64,000 nucleotides of DNA from the human T2T-CHM13v2.0 reference genome, Homo sapiens: the NCBI RefSeq assembly GCF_009914755.1, contig NC_060931.1; one strand, written 5' to 3'. How positions within the stretch are numbered: the first letter of the stretch is position 1; each line of letters starts with the position of its first letter. Below the pieces are notes generated by a model that saw nothing but the letters and a program-made list of their open reading frames with translations, had not been told where the DNA came from and did not search any database. Shown here piece after piece: positions 54,231 to 64,000 of the stretch. Made by a program: the position numbers and the translations under genes.

Positions 54231-55052
54231 AACATAGATCCAAAAAACTGTACCCCATATTCACATATAGGGTAAACAGAGGAGATTATATTAATTTAAG
54301 CTGAAATTTTGAAATGTTGTGATGCCAGAACAGCAGATTAACCAGTTTAGAATAGACCTTTGATATAAAACTGAGCTTCAAAAAATACTTTAAGCTGAGC
54401 AAACAGTAATATTGCTATAAAGAATCTGGCATTGTTTATATATTTAATATGAAAAGAATGCATGGTCACATAATTGTCTTTTCACCAAAACTTTTTAGAA
54501 GAGGATAACATTTCCTCAATCCCTTCTTCTACTTTCTTTTCAAACTCAGAATATTTTCCTACCAAATTCATGCTAGGAAAAGAGACAGATATGGAGCAAT
54601 GTCTCCCTTGGTTCACTTTAGGATTTTCCTAAATTTCCTTCTGAAATTTTTCTATGGATCCATGAATAATTAATTCCTGATCAAGTGCATCAAAAAAAGA
54701 TGGTATATTCTGAGTCAATTCTGAAAGGGAAAACAAGGAACTTAATCAAGGGCTCCAAGTCAGATCCAGCACACTATTTTCACTTAGATTGCGTGATTAT
54801 TTGAGATGGCCTTAAAAGGGAGGGGCTAATAATAATGGATAATAATATTGGATGGCAATCCCTAAAAGAGACGATTTTTCTTTTTTCTCAGGTATAAACA
54901 TTTTATTATATACTTTTTGACATTATAATTAAATATGTAATTATTATTATCATTTTTCTGAAGCTCATACATTTAAACATCTTCTCTAAATATAACCAAT
55001 AATTCAGAAAATCATCTACCTACTTCAAAAGCTCAGGCTAACTTTACCACCT

Positions 55053-55138
55053 AAAAATGCACTAATAAAAAAAGGCACAAATACTTTCATTGCAGCACTA
55101 TTCACAATAGCAAAGACATGGAAAAAATGCACTAATAA
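55053..55138 (+). mobile_element. 54-bp internal L1 fragment between 16-bp direct repeats
   Basis: AAAAATGCACTAATAA at 55053-55068 and 55123-55138; insert contains TTCATTGCAGCACTATTCACAATAGCAAAGACATGG. Confidence 0.85.
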
Positions 55139-55449
55139 TTTTTACCAGAGACTGATTTAAAATGTCACCTATTTCTTTCTCAGACCTTGTGTTTCTCTTT
55201 TCTTTAATAACCAAGCTTTTAAAGTTAGAACTATACTTAGTTTGCTCCTCACATCTTGTCATTCTAATCAATGCAATCTTACTTCCTCTGCCACTTTTTT
55301 TTTTGGTATAAGTTTATATGGTATAAATGCAATTTTGTTACATGCATAGATTGTGAGTGGTGAAGTCAGTGCTTTTGGGGTATCCATCACTGGAATAACG
55401 TATATTGTACCCATTGAATAATTTCTCTTCATCCACACCCTCCACCGCT

Positions 55450-55658
55450 ATCATTCAATCCACTGCCACATTTTTCCGATACTACTCTCATGAATGTCAT
55501 CATTGTCCTCCCGGTTAACAAATCCAATGGTTTGTTCTAGTTCTTATCTAACTTGACCTCTTTCAGGCATAAAATAATGCTGAATCCTCATCCTTTGTAC
55601 ATCTTATCCCCTTTTTCCCCTTACAATTTCACATTCCTGATTTTGCTATAAATTTCTC

Positions 55659-55690
<32 letters not shown>

Positions 55691-56900
55691 GAGATGGAGT
55701 TTTGCTGTCTCACCCAGGCTGGAGTGCAGTGGTGCAGTCTAGGCTCACTTCAGCCTCTGCTGCCTGGGTTTAAGCGATTCTCCTGCCTCAGCCTTCCAAG
55801 TAGCTGAGACTACAGGCACATGCCACCACACCGAGCTAATTTTTGTATTTTTAGTAGAGATGGGGTTTCACCATGTTAGCCAGTCTGGTCCCTGACCTCA
55901 GGTGATCCGCCAACCTCGGCCTCCCAAAGTGCTGGGATTACAGGCGTGAGCCACCACATCTGGTCTAATTTCTCCAGTTTTTAAAATGAGTTATTAACTT
56001 CTGATATTCTCAGCCCCCTCCTCGTCTATATTCCCTTCTCTACTCCTCTCCTATGATTCCTTCTCCTTTTCTCTCATCTTTTTCTTATGTTATCCTCTTT
56101 ATGGGAAGACTTATCTTTAGCCATACTTTTAACTTATGGCCATGATACCCAAATTTATCATTTTTAGCCCAAACCTAGGCTTCTCACCTGAATAACCAAT
56201 TCTAGATAGCATCTAGATAGCATCTAGGAGACAACATCCACTTGCTGTTGCCCAAGACGAAAATATCTGAGAAAAATCTGAGTCATCTCTTTCTCTTCTT
56301 TGTTCTCCATTTTCAATGATCACCAAGTTCTATCAGTCCATGTCTTAAGTATGTTTCAAAATTTCTTCTTTCCATAGTCATGACCGTTGGCCTAGGTTGA
56401 GCAATGGGCTAGCTTTGAAACTCTCTCAGTGATCTTTTTGATGTTTATCTTATATAAACCTTCCTGAAAAACCCATCTATTACCCATGCCGCCTTCTAAG
56501 ATGCAGATCTTATCAGATTACTTCCCTTCTCAACATTGCTCAGTAGCTTTCCATTAGCTACAGAATAAAATTTAAAATTCTTTTGTATGGCTTAGAAGAC
56601 CCTTTAATTACCTGTCCATTTTTACCTCTTGTAATCCTTATCTTTACTACTCGTGACGCCTTATACTTCAGAAATTTTAATATTTTCTAGTTTCTGAATC
56701 TCAAGCATAAGATACAGTTTCACATTTGTTTCTGCCTTTGTTTGTGCATGTTGCATTGCCTCTTTTCTTCTAATTTGCCTGACAAACACCTACAAATCCT
56801 CCAAGTGTCCTCTCAAGATCTGTCTCCTCTGTGATGCCATCCTCAACTTCCTTAAGTAGGTTTTCTTTCCCTAAAATGCCATTACACCTACTCTATTATA
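55450..56900. mobile_element. L2 LINE fragments (interrupted by Alu)
   Basis: AAATCCAATGGTTTG..CTAGTTCTTATCTAACTTGACCTCT...CCCAAATTTATC...CAGAATAAAATTTAAA. Confidence 0.6.
55662..55965 (-). mobile_element. Alu (AluS-like)
   Basis: Dimer with long poly-T and a small left-arm deletion. Confidence 0.93.
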
Positions 56901-57478
56901 GCAATTTTTCTCTTTATATTGGTTTTTCTGGCTCCCACTTCTTGAGAATTGCAACAATTTCTTTCATTTTTTATTGTTTTTATTTTTAATTTTTATGGGT
57001 ACATGGTGCATATATTTATGGGGTACATGAGATATTTTGACGCAGGCATACAATGTGTGATAATTGCATCAAGGTAAATGGGGTATCCATCACCTTAAGC
57101 ATTTATAATTTCTTTGTATTATGTGCATTTTAATTATACTCCTTTAGTTATTTTAAAATGTACAATAAATTATTGTTGACCATAATCACTCTGTTGTGCA
57201 TACTAGCTCTTATTCATTCTATCTAACTCTACTTTTGTACCCATTAACCATCCCCAGGTCCCCACCATCACCACCACCCAACTACCCTTCCCAGCCTCTG
57301 GTAATCATCATTCTACTTTCTATCTCCATGAGTTCAGTTGTTTTAATCTTTAGCTCCCACAGATGGATGAGAACATAAGAAGTTTGTCTTTCTGTTCCTG
57401 GTTTATTTCACTTAACATGTCCTCCTGTTCCATTCATGTTATTCCAAATGACAGGATTTAATTATTTTTAATGGCTGA

Positions 57479-57842
<364 letters not shown>

Positions 57843-58216
57843 TCATTCATCTCTTGATGGACACTTAGGTTGCTTCCAAATCTTGGCTATTGTGAATAGT
57901 ATTGCAAAAAAACATGGGATATCTCAAAAAACATGGAGATAACTCTTCCGTATACTGATTTCCTTTCTTTTGGGGATATGCTAGCAGTGGGATTACTGGA
58001 TCATATTATAGTTCAATTTTTAGTTTTTTTGAGGAACCTCCATACTGTTCTCCTTAGTGGCTATACTAATTTGCATTCCCACCAACAGTATACAGGGATT
58101 ACCTTTTCTCCACATCCTTGCCAGCATTTGCTATTGTCTGTCTTTTTGGATAAAAGCCATTTTAACTGGGGTATGATGATATCTCATTGTAGTTTTGATT
58201 TGCATTTCTTTGATGA

Positions 58217-58572
<356 letters not shown>

Positions 58573-59614
58573 TGTCATTTGTATATCTTCTTTTGAGAAA
58601 TATCTATTCAGTTTTTTGCCCGTTTTTAACTTAGTTTATTAGATGTTTTTCTATTGAGTTGTTTGAGCTCCTTATATATTCTGGTTACTAATTTCTTGCC
58701 AGATGGATAGTGTGCAAATATTCTGTCCCACAAAGTGGGTTGTCTCTTCACTTCATTGATTACTTTGCTGTGCAAGAGCTTTTTAGTGATCTCATTTGTC
58801 CATTGTTGCTTGAGTTGCCTGTGCTTTTGGGGAATTACTCAAGAAATCTTTGCCCAAACCAACTTCCCAGAGAGTTTCTCCAATGTTTTCCTTTAATAGT
58901 TTTATAGCATGAGGTCTTAGATTTAAGTCTTTAATCCATTTTGATTTGATGCTTGTATATGGTATAGTTTCATATGATATAGGGGTCTAGTTTCATTCTT
59001 CTGCATGTGGATATCCAGTTTTCTCAGCACAATTTATTGAAGAGACTGTCCTTTCCCCAATGTATGCTCTTGGCAACTTTGTCAAGAATGGGTTTGCTGT
59101 AGATGTAAGGAATTATTTCTGTGTTTGCTCTTCTGTGCCATTGGTCTGTGGGTCTGTTTTTAGCCAGTACACTGTTGTTTTGGTTACAATAGCTCAGTAG
59201 CATAATTTGAAGTCAGGTAATGTGATTCCTCCAATTTTGTTCTTTTTGCTCAAGATGGCTTTGGCTGTTCTGGGTTGTGGTTCCATATAAATTTTAGGAT
59301 TATTTTTTCTATTTCTTTGAAAAATGCCATTGATATTTTGATAGAGATTGCATTGAATTTGTAGATTGCTTTGGATAGCATGGACATTATAACAATATTG
59401 ATTCTTCCAATTCATGAATATGGAATATCTTTTCATTTTTTCATGTCCTCTTCAATTTCTTGCACCGATGTTTTATAGTTTTCGTTGGAGAGATCTTTCT
59501 CTTCTTCAGTTAATTTTATTCATAGGTATTTTATTTTATTTGTAGGTATTGTAAATGGTGTTAATCTCTTGATTTATTTATCAGATTGTTTGCTTTTGGC
59601 ATATAAAAATGCTA

Positions 59615-60135
<521 letters not shown>

Positions 60136-61041
60136 TGATTTTTCCAAATATAAGATCATTATCATCTGCAAACAAGGATAATTTGACTTTTTCCATTTTA
60201 TCTAGGACTTCAATACAATGTTGAATAAAAGGGAACTCTATTTCAATGTCATAGAACTTGAGTTAACAAAATGATTACTTTCTAAAATGTTTTATTCCGC
60301 TTCCAATTATTGTCCCCAACATTATAAGTCATTATCCTAGCTCCCATGAAGCAATCCACCAAACAAGTAGGCAATTGCCACACTTGTAATGAATGACCTC
60401 TGAATCCTATTTCCTAATCATTTATTACATCCAAGAAACCATGAATTTGTGTAGTTTTTTCCCCTAAGGTAGTTTTCAAATGTGTCTTACTGCTTTCCCA
60501 TCATCAAGCCAGTTGAGGTTATTGTAGGGAAAGAATTGTGCTTCAATGTAAAAAAGTATGTATTATTTAGATCATAAACTTCCAGGCATCTGATTCTTGT
60601 CCTTCATTGTGCTTGAGCTATTTACAACTCTGTATATTGTAGATAACTGATAGCAATGTACAATAATTATTGTCTATGAAGTGTAAATTCTCTCTGGTGA
60701 AGAGTCAACTGGCTTGCCTCCTTTCCCACCTGTCCCCATGAAGCCAGTCTTACCTTCATTAGCACATTTATTTAAATATTCTTGATTTATAATTTTTAAA
60801 AATTCCTCCTTGACTTCGTTGTAACACCTCACCTGTTTCCTCTTGAGTTAAACAAATATTTAACATGTTTATTTTTATATTAATATAAAAGTTATGATTT
60901 TATCTTTCATGAAAAATTTATTTTAACATATTAAAAAGTGATTTGCTGTCACTTCTAAACATTCAAGATCATCAGTAATATGGCCCCTTTGGCCATCCTA
61001 CTGCTCATGTAAACTCTTTGATACTAAAACAGCCTATATCA

Positions 61042-61880
61042 GGCCAAGAAACATGAAAAAATCCTCGACATCACTAATTATCAGAGAAATGCAAATGAAA
61101 ACCACTGTGTGATACCACCTTACTCCTGCAAGAATGGTCATAATCAAACAATAAAAAATAATAGATGTGGGCATCTATTATTTATTATTATTATTTTTTT
61201 GAGATGGAGTCTCGCTCTGTTGCCAGGCTGGAGTGCAGTGGCACTATCTCGGCTCACTGCAACCTCCGCTGAAAAGGGAACACTTTTATACTGTTGATGG
61301 GAGTGTAAACTAGTACAACCACTATGGAAAACAGTGTGGAGATTCCTTAAAGAACTAAAAGTAAATCTACCCTTGGATCCAGCAATCCCACTTTTGGGTA
61401 TCTATCGAAGGAAAAGAAGTCACTGTATGAAAAAGATTCTTGCACGTGCATGTTTATAGAAACACAATTCATAATTGCAAAAATATGAAGCCAGCCCAAA
61501 TGCCCATTAATCAATAAGTAGATAAAGAAAATGTGGTATATGTATACCATGGAATACTACTTAGCCATGAAAAGGAACAAAATCATGGCATTTGTAGCAA
61601 TCTGGATGAAATTCTAAGTGAAAAAAAACAGGAAAGGAAAACCAAACGTTGTATGTTCTCACTCATAAGTGAGAGCTAAGCTGTGAGGATGCAAAGGCAT
61701 AAAAATGATTTAATGGACTTTGGGGACTCAGGGGAAAGAGTGGGAGGGAGGTGAGGGATAAAAGACTACACATTGCGTACAGTGTACATTACTTCGGTGT
61801 TGGGTGTACCAAAATCTCAGAAGTCATCACTAAAGGACTTATTCATGTAACTAAACACCACCTGTTCCCCAAAAGCCTAT

Positions 61881-61916
<36 letters not shown>
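61042..61916 (+). mobile_element. 5'-truncated L1PB-like element with (AAAT)n tail
   Basis: ORF2 C-terminal and 3' UTR match (GGGATAAAAGACTACACATTG...CACCTGTTCCCCAAAA); AGCCTAWATCA on both flanks. Confidence 0.9.
61178..61269 (-). mobile_element. 5'-truncated Alu fragment inside the L1PB, no TSD
   Basis: Tail plus GAGATGGAGTCTCGCTCTGTTGCCAGGCTGG...AACCTCCGC. Confidence 0.88.
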
Positions 61917-62061
61917 GCCTAAATCATCATTCTCTAAGTATACCATGGGAGTTTTTGTTTCTTTTTTCTGGCTCTTAGCTAACTCTTGATGTCTTGTCTA
62001 ACTCTTGTCCCCAGCCAGACCTGGGGACAAGTGGGTACATCGACGATTGATTTCATAGTCA

Positions 62062-62470
<409 letters not shown>

Positions 62471-63513
62471 GTAGTATTTGGGTAGTATTTGGGAATCTGG
62501 TTTTATGATGTGATCATGTAGTGACCTCTCTCAGGATATAAAGGGGATCAGTTTCTGTTGGGTGAGAGAGAATAAAAAAACCGGTTTGTTAGCCCTCTTT
62601 TTATTTACTTGTCTGTTTGACTATTTGTGAGCTCAACTCAATCAGGAAAACATTATATGCTCACTAAAAGTAAAATGTCCCTTTGAGATCTGCACTAGTG
62701 ATTTTTATGGTTCTGTGTTTACTGTTGACTCATGATTGAGGCTGTAGAACTGAAACTTCAAGTTCTCAGTCTCAGTAAGTCTATCTGTAATTGTGAAAAA
62801 CCTTTACCTTTCATTGCGTGAGTTTGACATTTTTCCACCTCATGTATGTAAATAAATTAAATTATAAAGTCTCTGAAATTTAAATAGCTTCTCTCTAATT
62901 GGTTCATAGAGAAAAATAAGCACTTCTATAACTGGCATTCACAAATTTCTCAGGAAATAAATTGTTCTTTTAAAACTAGGCTTAAAAATTATTATGGAAA
63001 TCTCAAGATCAGAAGCAGGTTTGTATGAAAACATGAGTTCATATTATAAAGGTGAATCTTTTGAGTCATATATTTTATGAGAAAAAAATAAAATAAAGGT
63101 GAATCTTTTACAGATTAGGCTTGTTTGGTAACTTTTGATTTGAAAACAGCTATATGACTCTTCCCTAATTTTACTGATGGGGTTGAACTGGTTTTCTATT
63201 GCCACATAACAATATTGCCACAAATTTCTCAACCTTACACCAAAAACATTGATAAACTTACAGTTTCTGTTGATCAATCAAAGCTCAGTCTGCTACAGCA
63301 AGGGAGAATACCACCTTGAGAGATCCTAGTAATATCTCAAAATGGGAACGTAAGAGGAGGATATTTATAAGGCTTAGGGATCTAGGCTTCAGTTGTTTAA
63401 GTCAGGTTTATCAAGACAAGAAACTAACTGAACTGGAGGACAGTTCATGACTTACAGTTTAGGATTAGGAGACCCAGAAAGGCCAACTTCTTGACATAAG
63501 CCTTGATAAGTAA

Positions 63514-64000
63514 TTTTTCTTTTTCTTTTCTTTTCTTTTTCTTTTTTTTTTTTTTTTGAGACAAAGTCTTGCTCTGTTGCCCAGGCTGGAGTACAGTAGT
63601 ATGATCTCGGCTCACTGCACCCTCCACCTCCTGGATTCAAGAAGTAATTTTCCTGCCTCAGCCTCCCAAGTAGCTGAGATTCCAGGCACCTGCCACCACA
63701 CCTGGCTAATTTTTTTTTTTTTTTTTTGAGTTGGAGCTTTGTTCTTGTGGCCCAGGGTAGAGTGCAATGGTGAGATTTTAGCTCACTGCAACCTCTGCCT
63801 CCTGAGTTCAAGCAATTCTCCTGCCTCAGCCTCCTGAGCAGCTGGGATTACAGGCACCTGCCACCACGCCTGGCGAGTTTTTTTGTTTGTTTGCTTTGTT
63901 TTGTTGTTTTTTGTTTTTAGTAGAGACAGGGTTTCACCATGTTGGCCAGGCTGGTCTCAAACTCCTGACCTCAGATGATCCACCCACCTCGGCCTCCTAA
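63514..64000 (-). mobile_element. Nested or tandem Alus (run off the window)
   Basis: Right arm at 63514-63709, then poly-T at the linker position and a second Alu to the window end. Confidence 0.9.

Overview
Primate (very likely human) genomic DNA, AT-rich and repeat-dense. The first ~1.2 kb holds the end of the last intron, the last coding exon ([48 protein letters not shown]) and the 3' UTR of COL1A2 on the + strand, with two poly(A)-signal clusters and several miRNA seed sites. The other ~63 kb looks intergenic (from recall, the COL1A2-CASD1 interval on 7q21.3). It is filled with Alu, L1, MIR, L2, LTR and DNA-transposon fossils plus simple repeats. None of the supplied ORFs is a credible gene. 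I found no new gene system. The best signals are insertion and repair footprints: an L1 3' transduction with twin-priming inversion (33.8-35.1 kb), two local DNA-templated duplications (48.2 kb, 50.3 kb), an internally primed 54-bp L1 insertion (55.1 kb) and a fold-back-joined Alu fragment (61.2 kb). Repeat family names are recognised by eye from remembered consensus sequences, so subfamily calls and boundaries of old repeats are approximate.
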